Shown here one piece after another: positions 51,496 to 60,132 of a DNA stretch of 64,000 bases (its first letter is position 1; each line of letters starts with the position of its first letter). A program made the translations under genes and the position numbers. Source of the DNA: Candidatus Micrarchaeota archaeon (lineage in GTDB: Archaea > Micrarchaeota > Micrarchaeia > Anstonellales > Bilamarchaeaceae); NCBI GenBank assembly GCA_032123335.1, contig JAQBFN010000001.1, positions 1,244 through 65,243 on the forward strand, in the 5' to 3' direction. Under the pieces are notes generated by a model. The model worked only from the letters and a program-made list of their open reading frames with translations, had not been told where the DNA came from and made no database searches.

Positions 51496-51580
51496 CTTGA
51501 GGCTTGCCTCAAGAGAAGAAACCGAAGGTTTCTCAGAGGTTGATTCTGGAAAGAATCAACCGAATTCGACGCAGTCGAAT
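51496..51580. other. intergenic array of four consecutive hairpins separated by TCAGA(G/T) linkers
   Basis: CTTGAGG-cttg-CCTCAAG (51496-51513). AGAAACC-gaa-GGTTTCT (51517-51533). GGTTGATTC-tggaaa-GAATCAACC (51538-51561). ATTCGAC-gca-GTCGAAT (51564-51580, touching the tfb stop codon). Confidence 0.7.
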
Positions 51581-52488
51581 CAGAGGTTAATCTTAAGCCC
51601 GAGTTCCTTCTTGAGTTCCCTGTAGCGGTTCCGGATTGTGACTTCGGTTACACCTGCAACATCAGCCACTTCCTTCTGGGTCCTGCGCTCCCCGACCATT
51701 GCGGATGCAATGTAGAGGGCTGCTGCAGCAACACCAGTTGGGCCCCTTCCTGAAATCAGCCCCTTCTTTACTGCCTTCTTAATCAGGAGGACTGATTTCT
51801 TCTGGACCTCTCCGCTCAGCCTGAGTGCAGTAGCGAACTTCTGCACATAATAGGAGGGGTCGGTGAGGGGAACATCGAGCTTGAGCTCCGCCTTGAGGAA
51901 CCTGTATGAACGGCCGATTTCCTTCTTCTCTATTCCGGAAGCCTTGGAAATCTCGTCCAGGGTTCTTGGGATCCCATGTATCCTGCAGATTGCATATATT
52001 ACTGCTGATACAATGGATTCGATTATCCTTCCGCGGATGAGCTCTTCCTTTACTGCGCGCCTATAGAGAAGGGCTGCAGCCTCCTTGATGTCGTCCGGGA
52101 GACCAAGGTAGGAAGCAACACGGTCGAGTTCCGCAAGTGCGATTGCAAGGTTCCTCTCCATAGAGGTTGCAATGGAAACCCTCTTGTGCCATTTCCTCAT
52201 CCTGTAGAATTGTGCCTGTTTTTTAGTGGAGATCTTCACTCCGCGGATATCCCTGTTGTACTGGTCGATTTCGGTAACGAGGCCCTTGTTGGGGCGCATG
52301 TACTTGATCGGGGCTCCACCACGGGCCCTCTTTTCCTTCTGCTCAGCATCGAATGCCCTCCACTCGGGGCCTGCATCCTGGATATTCTCTGCTACAATGA
52401 GTCCGCATGAGCCGCAAATTAGCTCTCCCTTTTCGTAATCCCTAATTAGTTTAACGCCCCCACACTCAGGGCACTTTTTCTTCGACAT
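51580..52488 (-). CDS. tfb: transcription initiation factor IIB (TFB)
   Basis: N-terminal zinc ribbon CPECGG...CGSCG, two cyclin-like repeats, and an HTH near the C-terminus (QKEVADVAGVTEVTIRNRYREL). Confidence 0.9.
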   Translation of the reverse strand: MSKKKCPECGGVKLIRDYEKGELICGSCGLIVAENIQDAGPEWRAFDAEQKEKRARGGAPIKYMRPNKGLVTEIDQYNRDIRGVKISTKKQAQFYRMRKWHKRVSIATSMERNLAIALAELDRVASYLGLPDDIKEAAALLYRRAVKEELIRGRIIESIVSAVIYAICRIHGIPRTLDEISKASGIEKKEIGRSYRFLKAELKLDVPLTDPSYYVQKFATALRLSGEVQKKSVLLIKKAVKKGLISGRGPTGVAAAALYIASAMVGERRTQKEVADVAGVTEVTIRNRYRELKKELGLKINL

Positions 52489-52581
52489 ATTTCTCCCACC
52501 AAATAGAAAAAAGCTTTTTAAGCTTTCTATGTTGTTCTTATATTTACTAGAGGAAAGGCTTAAGAATGTTGCGGTGAGCCT

Positions 52582-54117
52582 TTACGACGATAGCAGTTCT
52601 TTCAGCCTAGGAATTCCAACAATTATTGCGAATTTTCCGAACCTTGGGCCCATGGTTTTCCCTATCAGGACTTTGTAGAGATCCTGGAAAAGCTCCTTCG
52701 AGGGGATATCGCTTGAAGTAGCTGTTTCGAATACGAGAGTATGGACTTCCTGGTCAGTCATTCCTTCCTTGAGGGAATCTGCGAATTTCTTTATTGCTTC
52801 GGGATGGGAGGGCGCTTCGCCCTTGCCGAGCTCGAATACGTATTTATCCGGGATCCAGCCCTTGTGGAGCCACTGGTCCACGTATACGGAGAGGTATTTC
52901 ACGCCTTCCGGGTCTTCCAGGAGCTCGCCTACGGTATCCCAATCCTTGTGGATTGCGTAATTTACCAGCATATCAACGAGGGGGGCTTTCCAGTCCTTCT
53001 TTTCGGTAAGGGAATATGAGATGGATTTCTTGCGGTCTGCGCGCGCAAGCTCCGCATTTGGGTCAAGGGAAGCTGCATGCTCAAAGTCCGAAATGAGCGG
53101 GAGCAGGGTTTTCTCGTCGAGAACCAGTTCCTTGTCTTCCTGGATATCCGGGCGCAGGAGCGCGTACTCGAATACAGGAATTGGAAGAAGCTGCATAAGC
53201 TCGTGCACTGAGTGCCCGATTCCCTTGGATTTGGAGTATTTTTTTCCCTTGTATTTGAGGAAGCCGAATTTGTAGTATATTGGGGGCTCATGCTTGAAGA
53301 ATTTCCTGTGGACTGCTGCAACCGTGGAAAGGGTGCCTCCCCTTGTGTGGTGGTCAACGCTTCCCCCTTCTATACTCACGTGCATCATGTCCTGGCGGGC
53401 AGGCCAGTCAATGCGGAACAGGAGCTTGTACTTATGGTCAGTGATTTTTGCTTTTCCTTTGTAGCCACAGCCAACTGCGCCATATCTTGTTTTCTTGTCG
53501 CAAATGTACTCATATTCTCCATTGGAGTATGAGAGGACGCGGGTAGTTTCTACTTTGCCGCACTGCTCGCAGATGGGCATTATGGGGTGCCAATCGTCCG
53601 GCATTGTTTCCCTTAGGGAGCTTTCCTGCACGATTTTCTTTATTTCGTCCTTCCTTTCTGCATATTCGAGCGCGTATTTATCGTATTTGCCTTCTGAATA
53701 AGTTTTGTCTGCACGCATTATTTCCGGGTGCACATCAAATGTTCCCATTGCATCTATAGCCTCGGAGAGAAAATGGTCTGCAAAGGAATCATGGCAACCC
53801 ATCGGGTCGGGGGTGTGCGCAAGGGGCTTCCCCAAATGGGGCGTGAGCTCCTTCTCGTATTGTTTAAAGGGCGCAGGAACATTGTCGAATGCATCCAGGA
53901 TGTCCGCAACAAATACGAATTTTGCCTCCCCTGAGTGCTTCCTAAGAGATTTATAGATTGCATCTGCAAACATGAATTCGCATAGGGTGCCGGGATGGAG
54001 CGGGCCACTGGTGGTTATGCCGCTCATCACTACATAGGGGGCCTCTTTGTTATCGATTACATCCTTTGCGATAATCTCGCTCCAGTGCATGTTCTTTTTA
54101 TCAGAAGAATCGTCCAT
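52582..54117 (-). CDS. lysK: lysine--tRNA ligase, class I
   Basis: MHWSEIIAKDV start, SGITTSGPLHPGT (HIGH-equivalent) and KYSKSKG (KMSKS-equivalent). 511 aa. Confidence 0.9.
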   Translation of the reverse strand: MDDSSDKKNMHWSEIIAKDVIDNKEAPYVVMSGITTSGPLHPGTLCEFMFADAIYKSLRKHSGEAKFVFVADILDAFDNVPAPFKQYEKELTPHLGKPLAHTPDPMGCHDSFADHFLSEAIDAMGTFDVHPEIMRADKTYSEGKYDKYALEYAERKDEIKKIVQESSLRETMPDDWHPIMPICEQCGKVETTRVLSYSNGEYEYICDKKTRYGAVGCGYKGKAKITDHKYKLLFRIDWPARQDMMHVSIEGGSVDHHTRGGTLSTVAAVHRKFFKHEPPIYYKFGFLKYKGKKYSKSKGIGHSVHELMQLLPIPVFEYALLRPDIQEDKELVLDEKTLLPLISDFEHAASLDPNAELARADRKKSISYSLTEKKDWKAPLVDMLVNYAIHKDWDTVGELLEDPEGVKYLSVYVDQWLHKGWIPDKYVFELGKGEAPSHPEAIKKFADSLKEGMTDQEVHTLVFETATSSDIPSKELFQDLYKVLIGKTMGPRFGKFAIIVGIPRLKELLSS

Positions 54118-54210
54118 CGTGAATACACCTTAAAGTTGATGGATTATGCTGACGAATAATAATAAATGTATGGGAAAATTAAAAGAAAAATAAGAAAAGG
54201 AAAAAAGAAG

Positions 54211-55674
54211 CTATGCTTCTTCGTACTCTGTTTCTTCTCCGCCTTCCCCATCAGGTGAGGAGCGCCCTGTGTGCCATCCTGCAACTCCTCCAAGAACGAG
54301 GAGCAGAAGGCCTCCGAGAAGCAAGACGAGAATATCTATTCCTTCAGGTTCTTCTTCCTGCTGAGGTACAAGCTCTACTTGTGTGTTTTGCTTTACTGCA
54401 TCCACAAGGGGGCCGCAAACCTCATCCAGGTTCAATGAAGGCGCCTGGTCGCAGAGCTCAACTTCTTCCTCTTTCTCCACACAGGAGTGTGAGTCGCAGA
54501 GTTCATCTTCTCCACAGTCAGAATCGGCTTCGCACTGGCCTTCGTTCAGGGTACATTCCATGCCTTCACAGTGCTGCCAGTATTCGCAGTCGCTGTCCCG
54601 GTCACAGTATCCTGGTGCGTATTGGCAGGTCCAGGAAAGATCTTCGCAAATCTCGTAGGATTCACAGTCTGAATCTGAAGCACAGCGGTCCGGGCCAAGC
54701 ACACACTGGTGCCCTGAGCACATTTCCCAGGGGTTGCAGTCCCTTGCATCTTCGCAGTACCATGCATACATTGTGCATGTATGGCTTGAGCAGTATTCTC
54801 CAGAATCGCAGTCATCATCATCTGTACATGCATCTGATGCGAGTTCGCATTCTCCTCCGTTGCACTCTTCCCAGCTTGAGCAGTCGGAATCGGAGTCACA
54901 TTCATCATCGTCATCATCTCCGCCTCCTCCGCCACCAGAGCTTGGGGTCTTGCAGTGGTGATTGCTGCAGTATTGGCTGCTTGGGCAATCAGAGTTGCTG
55001 TAGCATGCGCCCGGATCGAGTTCACAGTCGCCTGCATCACAGTATTCATAGGATTCACAGTCTGAATCATCTGTACATGAGCCACCTGCGGGAACACAAT
55101 GGGTTCCAAGGACATAATCATCACAGATTTCCCCAGGGTCACAGTCGCTGTCAGATATGCACTCGTAATCAGGCTCGTAGCACTGGTGAGTACTTTCATC
55201 ACATTCTTCGCTAGGATCACAGTCTGAGTCCCCATCGCACATTCCGGATTCAGGCTCACATTCGTAAGCGTTGCACTCTTCCCATGATTCACAGTCGGAA
55301 TCATAGAGGCAGTCAAACTCAAAGCACTGGTGTGTGCCTGTGTCACAAAGCTCGTCGGAGTCGCAGTCGTCATCATCGTTGCACATTCCGCTCTCCGGGG
55401 TGCATTCATAATCATCGCACTCTTCCCAGGACTCACAGTCCGAATCTGAAATGCATTCGGGCTCAAAGCACTGGTGGGTGCTGTCATCACAAACATCACC
55501 GGAGCCACAGTCGGAGTCCCCGTTGCACATGCCGGATTCCGGCTCACACACACCCACAATGCATTCTTCCCATGATTCGCAATCTGAATCATAGACACAT
55601 GCATTAACTGTGGTAACTACCATTAGGAAACCCAGGATAACTAAGCTCATCCTAAGGAATATGTTATTATTCAT
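54211..55674 (-). CDS. type I membrane protein built from about 18 Cys-rich 'C-x2-D-x-D-C ... C ... C' modules
   Basis: Signal peptide MNNNIFLRMSLVILGFLMVVTTVNA. Three near-identical 48-aa units (C.YDSDCESWEEC....CEPESGMC.GDSDC.....CD..THQC.E..), then more divergent modules, a G6D5 spacer, a C-terminal TM and an acidic tail. Confidence 0.75.
   Translation of the reverse strand: MNNNIFLRMSLVILGFLMVVTTVNACVYDSDCESWEECIVGVCEPESGMCNGDSDCGSGDVCDDSTHQCFEPECISDSDCESWEECDDYECTPESGMCNDDDDCDSDELCDTGTHQCFEFDCLYDSDCESWEECNAYECEPESGMCDGDSDCDPSEECDESTHQCYEPDYECISDSDCDPGEICDDYVLGTHCVPAGGSCTDDSDCESYEYCDAGDCELDPGACYSNSDCPSSQYCSNHHCKTPSSGGGGGGDDDDDECDSDSDCSSWEECNGGECELASDACTDDDDCDSGEYCSSHTCTMYAWYCEDARDCNPWEMCSGHQCVLGPDRCASDSDCESYEICEDLSWTCQYAPGYCDRDSDCEYWQHCEGMECTLNEGQCEADSDCGEDELCDSHSCVEKEEEVELCDQAPSLNLDEVCGPLVDAVKQNTQVELVPQQEEEPEGIDILVLLLGGLLLLVLGGVAGWHTGRSSPDGEGGEETEYEEA
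54466..55599 (-). repeat. coding array of Cys-rich modules (higher-order ~144-bp units at the 5' end)
   Basis: Periodic DSDC/ESWEEC/THQC strings in the translation. Alternative-frame ORFs on both strands are by-products. Confidence 0.8.
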
Positions 55675-55779
55675 GTAATAAATTGTGATAAGAAACAGTT
55701 ATAAATGTATCTATATTCAGAAAAACGAACACTGAAGAAAACTTATTGCATAAAATAAGAAAAAGGAAAAAAATAAGGT

Positions 55780-56988
55780 TCATACACAGTCCGGAACGGA
55801 TACTGTGAATGAATTGAGCCTATATACTCCCGCAATGTCAAGCTCCCAGTTCAGGGAAACCTTTCCACCATCGGAAGTAAGCTGGCCATCCGTGAGCCTC
55901 TCAACCTCAGTGTATACTGAGATTTCTGCTGAAATTGAAAGCCCGGAAGTGCTTTGGTGCACCTGCAGGTAGCGGGCTACCCCACTTATAATAATCTCAA
56001 CAATGTTTCCAGGTACAAGGATCAAATCGGAGAAAAGCACCGCATCAGCAGGATCCACAATGTCGCAGGTTACGTTTCCGCTACTTGAAACATTGGTCAG
56101 CCTGACTGCAAACCCACCCAGGAAATCAAGCTGTTCCAAGGGTCCGGCGTCCGCGCTTGACCCATATTCATTGATTATTCCGGAAACCTCTTCCTTTCCG
56201 AGCTTCACTTTGAGTGAGGTACCTCCGAGCTTTGCAACAACCCATTCTCCGCCATCGTATTCCACGATTACGCGGTGCCTGTCGCTCCTTTCAGTGGCTG
56301 CAGCTCCGTCTGTATACTCCGGAAGCCCCGGAAGGAACGCGTAGCTCGCTGTGTAAGGGTCTGAATCAGGGTGCCCCCCTGCATTATAATCTGCTGCAGT
56401 TAGAGCTAAGTTGGTGTAAACCTCTTCGGTGTAGGTATCTGCTGTTTTTGTATCATTGATTGTAGTCGTGAGAACATTTGTGACTGCATCAAGAGTGATA
56501 TCTGTGCATCCTCCATCTACGGATGCATCGGGCCCTGCATCCAGGTCCGTATCTGTATCAGTATCTGTGTCAGTGTCGGTATCTGTGTCCGTATCCGTGT
56601 CAGTGTCGGTATCTGTGTCCGTATCTGTGTCTGTGTCCGTATCGGTATCCGTATCAGTATCGGTATCCGTATCTGTGTCAGAATCAGTATCTACATCTGT
56701 ATCAGTATCTGTGGAAGCGTCCAGGCCCGCATCAGGGAATGGGACGACATCTGTTTGGTCTATTGCTCCGCATGCGGAGATTCCTGTGCCTACTGCTGTT
56801 GCGAGAAATGCTACTGCTGTTGCCTGGCCTGCTTTCTTTGCAACCATTCCGATTACGTGAATGGCCCTTCCGAATCTTCCTTGTGGAGCTTCTTCAGAAA
56901 CATCTGCACCCATCTTCTTGGGCTGCATCACCTTTGGGGCTACAACAACATTCCTTGCTTCCATTCCAACAGTTTTATTTTCCGCCAT
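55780..56988 (-). CDS. membrane/lipobox-anchored (Thr-Asp)n repeat surface protein, subfamily B copy 1
   Basis: N-terminal cytoplasmic part, TM ending GISACG, PDAGLDAS, about 55 aa of (TD)n, DLDAGPDASVDGG, then a roughly 240-aa C-terminal domain containing EWVVAKLGGTSLKVKLGKEE. Confidence 0.75.
   Translation of the reverse strand: MAENKTVGMEARNVVVAPKVMQPKKMGADVSEEAPQGRFGRAIHVIGMVAKKAGQATAVAFLATAVGTGISACGAIDQTDVVPFPDAGLDASTDTDTDVDTDSDTDTDTDTDTDTDTDTDTDTDTDTDTDTDTDTDTDTDTDTDTDTDLDAGPDASVDGGCTDITLDAVTNVLTTTINDTKTADTYTEEVYTNLALTAADYNAGGHPDSDPYTASYAFLPGLPEYTDGAAATERSDRHRVIVEYDGGEWVVAKLGGTSLKVKLGKEEVSGIINEYGSSADAGPLEQLDFLGGFAVRLTNVSSSGNVTCDIVDPADAVLFSDLILVPGNIVEIIISGVARYLQVHQSTSGLSISAEISVYTEVERLTDGQLTSDGGKVSLNWELDIAGVYRLNSFTVSVPDCV
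56545..56712 (-). repeat. coding (Thr-Asp)n array
   Basis: The plus strand reads GTC/ATC-NGT dicodons. Opposite-frame (SV)n and other ORFs in the track are artefacts. Confidence 0.9.
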
Positions 56989-57097
56989 TCCATATCACCG
57001 TGATAATAGTAGTAGTATTATGGGGATGGAAATATTTATAAAGATGTGTGTAATTGAGGAAAATTAAGAAAAAGATAAAAAAAGGAAATCAGAGTGC

Positions 57098-58720
57098 TCA
57101 GGTGCACTCATCATTGTAGACTTCCTGCTCTTCAAGATCGCTATCTCCATCGAAGACTGAGCTTGCATCGGTTGACTGCACGCTCTTGCACACTGTTGCA
57201 TCAACAGTGTCAGTTCCGTTGGTCCAGAAAATCTTCATGTGTGCTTCGCCATCCACAATAGGCACTGAAGAGATGCCAGGAGTCACAAAGAACTCTTCTG
57301 ACTCGATTCCATCAACAACAAGCCTGAAGATGCCCTTGCCAAGCTCGACGCCATAAAAGCGGAGAGTGTAGTCTATACCATTGTATGTGAAGTCCTGGTC
57401 CACTGAAACATCCGGGTCAGTTGAGGCATTGGTCAGGTTGCCCCCCCACATCTCTTCCCCGAGCTTCACCTTTCCGCCAGAGGTATCATTGAGCTTAAGG
57501 ACCACCCAATCCATATCCCCTGCGGGGATGACCACGTGGTTTGCATCTGTTCTGCTCAGGTCACTTGCAAACTCAGGCATTCCTCCTCCGGTAACTACGA
57601 ACTTCAGTGTGTAGAACTCTCCGGTAAGCGGCCAGCTTGATTCAGTGTCTGCATCTGCCCAGACCTCAACGTTGTAAGTGTCTCCACTCAGTGGGTCAGT
57701 AACTGTCACGGTGTCTGCAAGTGTGTCTGCATCCAGGTGGAGGTACGCACAGGTGTCTGTTCCTGTGTCGGTTGCAGTATCTGTGTCGCCTGCGTCCACT
57801 TCCCCTGCGTCCATGCCTGCATCAGGCCAGAACCAAGTATCGGTGTCTGTGTCAGTATCAGTTACAGTGTCCGTATCGGTGTCTGTGTCAGTATCGGTGT
57901 CTGTGTCTGTATCGGTGTCTGTGTCAGTGTCCGTATCAGTGTCCGTGTCAGTACTAGTGTCTGTGTCAGTACCGGTGTCTGTTGCTGTGTCTGTGTCAGT
58001 ACCGGTGTCAGTACCAGTATCTGTATCAGTGTCTGTATCGGGTCCACTGTCTACTGATGCATCTAGACCTGCATCAGGATCTGTGTCGGTGTCCGTATCT
58101 GTGTCAGTATCCGTATCGGTGTCTGTGTCCGTATCGGGTCCACTGTCTACTGATGCATCTAGACCTGCATCAGGATCTGTGTCAGTGTCTGTATCGGTAT
58201 CAGTGTCAGTGTCCGTATCGGTATCGGTGTCTGTATCAGTGTCAGTATCCGTATCGGTGTCGGTATCAGTGTCTGTATCGGAATCGGTGTCTGTGTCTAC
58301 ATCTGTATCTCCACCCTGTACACAATCACAATCGTAAGTAGTGACTAGGTTTCCTGCCAGGTCATAAATATATTCTGTACAAGCTTCGAGGCCTGGAATC
58401 AGTTCACCACTGGTATCCTCATTATAATAGCAGCAGGCACAGTTTTCCATTGTGGAAGCATCAGGGCTTGCATCAAGCCCAAGTACCGGGCTCTTGTTGC
58501 CACATCCGCTTGCTCCAGCAGCAAGTGCAGTTACTAATGCGATTTTCCCGACTACTCCGATTGTTTTTCCGAAGCGGACAGAAACAGGCTCAAGCTGGGG
58601 CTGCATAAATTTCTCCCTGGCCTTTGCCGCCTTTTCAAGCGCAATCGTTGCCACCCTGCGGAGCACATTTTTGCCCGCTTTCCCTTCGACCATAATCTTA
58701 TTTTTTTGTTCAGACATCAT
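57098..58720 (-). CDS. membrane/lipobox-anchored (Thr-Asp)n repeat surface protein, subfamily B copy 2
   Basis: TM ending GASGCG, a Cys-containing ~60-aa segment, about 157 codons of (TD)n interrupted twice by DPDAGLDASVDSGP, and a C-terminal domain with DWVVLKLNDTSGGKVKLGEE homologous to 55780..56988. Confidence 0.75.
   Translation of the reverse strand: MMSEQKNKIMVEGKAGKNVLRRVATIALEKAAKAREKFMQPQLEPVSVRFGKTIGVVGKIALVTALAAGASGCGNKSPVLGLDASPDASTMENCACCYYNEDTSGELIPGLEACTEYIYDLAGNLVTTYDCDCVQGGDTDVDTDTDSDTDTDTDTDTDTDTDTDTDTDTDTDTDTDTDTDTDPDAGLDASVDSGPDTDTDTDTDTDTDTDTDTDPDAGLDASVDSGPDTDTDTDTGTDTGTDTDTATDTGTDTDTSTDTDTDTDTDTDTDTDTDTDTDTDTDTDTVTDTDTDTDTWFWPDAGMDAGEVDAGDTDTATDTGTDTCAYLHLDADTLADTVTVTDPLSGDTYNVEVWADADTESSWPLTGEFYTLKFVVTGGGMPEFASDLSRTDANHVVIPAGDMDWVVLKLNDTSGGKVKLGEEMWGGNLTNASTDPDVSVDQDFTYNGIDYTLRFYGVELGKGIFRLVVDGIESEEFFVTPGISSVPIVDGEAHMKIFWTNGTDTVDATVCKSVQSTDASSVFDGDSDLEEQEVYNDECT
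57838..58310 (-). repeat. coding (Thr-Asp)n array with a 96-bp higher-order repeat
   Basis: The 53-nt exact repeat GTATCGGGTCCACTGTCTACTGATGCATCTAGACCTGCATCAGGATCTGTGTC occurs at 58035-58087 and 58131-58183. Confidence 0.9.
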
Positions 58721-58874
58721 CTCACCATGAGTAAAAGTAGACTATTATATGTGGGGCAAAGCTTATAAAGTTGTGTTATTGTTGTAGGGATGGCGTGGAC
58801 ACACTAAATCCCTAATAAACCATGGCTTTTTGGAACAGAGTGTAAGAATATTAATGAAGAAAAAAGAAGAAAAA

Positions 58875-59117
58875 TTAGATGGTGAGCTCTGTGGAGAACT
58901 CATCATCGTTTAGCTCTATATCCAGGTCAGAAACAGAGAGGTCTTCTTCAATAATTCCCATCTCTGCGGCTGCAGCAGGCATTTCCGTTGTCCCTCCGGA
59001 AGATACGGTTGTTTCTGTATATCCGGATGTGGAGGAGATTTCCTCATTCACGGAAGTGCACCCTACAATGGAAAACGCAAGGATTGCGAACCCAAGAAGG
59101 GCGAGCTCTTTCCTCAT
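58875..59117 (-). CDS. small acidic lipobox protein
   Basis: MRKELALLGFAILAFSIVGC, then a T/S/E/D-rich 55 aa. 4-nt overlap with the upstream gene. Confidence 0.5.
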   Translation of the reverse strand: MRKELALLGFAILAFSIVGCTSVNEEISSTSGYTETTVSSGGTTEMPAAAAEMGIIEEDLSVSDLDIELNDDEFSTELTI

Positions 59118-60055
59118 CCGCTCATCTCCTGGAGAAGGCCGCGCATCTCCTGTGCGGCAGTGTTGAGCATCTGCTTTGCCTCTGCGGCTTCGCTTGTTCC
59201 ATAGCTCTTGCCATCTCCGAGCTGGAGGGCGGTTGTGAGCTGGTTGCGAATCCTTTCAGTTTGGGAAGAGTACTCCCCATCCGTTTTCTCATCCATGCGA
59301 TCGAGCAGGAGGTTGAACCTTTCTGCATGGAATTCTGCCCATAGGTAGAATTCTTGTTTCCATGCGTTCTTGCGCATCTCGTTCATTTGTTCGTAGTTTC
59401 CTGCGGAATCCACATCTGCTTCAAGGTCTTCAGAAACTCCATCTGCTTCTGCAAGGATTGCTTCGAGCCCGGAAGTATCGTAGCCGCGCTCCTTCATCTG
59501 GGTTGCAACATTCTGTCCTTTTCCATGCCATTCATTGAAGGATTCCTGCTCTGCGTGAACGCGGGAGCGGGTCGCGGTGCCCATGCATCCTGCATATTCA
59601 TCCTGTGCTTCCTGGTGCTGCTCAAGCATCTGGTTCCTCATCTGGGAGGCATCCTCAGAGCCATTGCCTGCACCTGGGCCGCCTGGGCCCGTGCCTTCCT
59701 GCGCCTTATTCAACGCATTTTTATGGGCATTGCGTGCGCCCTGCATCGCATTTGTGTATGCATTGCGGGTTTGTTCCATTTCCTGGTTGAAGGAAGCGTA
59801 CTCCCCTTCATTTGCATACTGCTGCATAAGCTGCATCTGGGTCTGGAGCTGGGTTTTTTCCTGCTCTAGGTTCCCATCCGGGTCAAACTCCCCTGCATTT
59901 TCCATTACCTGGTACATGAAGCTGGCCCTGCATTCCATCTGGGAATACCTTGCCTGAAGCATGTTTTCCTTGGTATCTTCTGATAAGCCGTTGCCCACTG
60001 CCATAACGAGGCTCATGAGCGCAAGGCCCCAAATCATCCATTTCATCCATATCAC
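59114..60055 (-). CDS. secreted Q/E/N/M-rich helical protein, unknown function
   Basis: N-terminal hydrophobic signal (WMIWGLALMSLVMAVG), then 290 aa rich in Gln/Glu/Asn/Met/Ala with a GPGGPGAG hinge. Confidence 0.55.
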   Translation of the reverse strand: MIWMKWMIWGLALMSLVMAVGNGLSEDTKENMLQARYSQMECRASFMYQVMENAGEFDPDGNLEQEKTQLQTQMQLMQQYANEGEYASFNQEMEQTRNAYTNAMQGARNAHKNALNKAQEGTGPGGPGAGNGSEDASQMRNQMLEQHQEAQDEYAGCMGTATRSRVHAEQESFNEWHGKGQNVATQMKERGYDTSGLEAILAEADGVSEDLEADVDSAGNYEQMNEMRKNAWKQEFYLWAEFHAERFNLLLDRMDEKTDGEYSSQTERIRNQLTTALQLGDGKSYGTSEAAEAKQMLNTAAQEMRGLLQEMSG

Positions 60056-60132
60056 CTGAGTTGGTCTCGATTGGGTTATTTAAATAGAAACTTTCAGGAA
60101 AGCTTTATGAAAGTTTTCACCGAAGTGGGTTC

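Noticed and set aside
54213-55604. 333-aa plus-strand and 352-aa minus-strand alternative-frame ORFs inside the Cys-rich gene
   Set aside because: The periodic repeat keeps several frames open. Only frame 54211..55674 (minus) has a signal peptide, a regular Cys spacing and a terminal TM.
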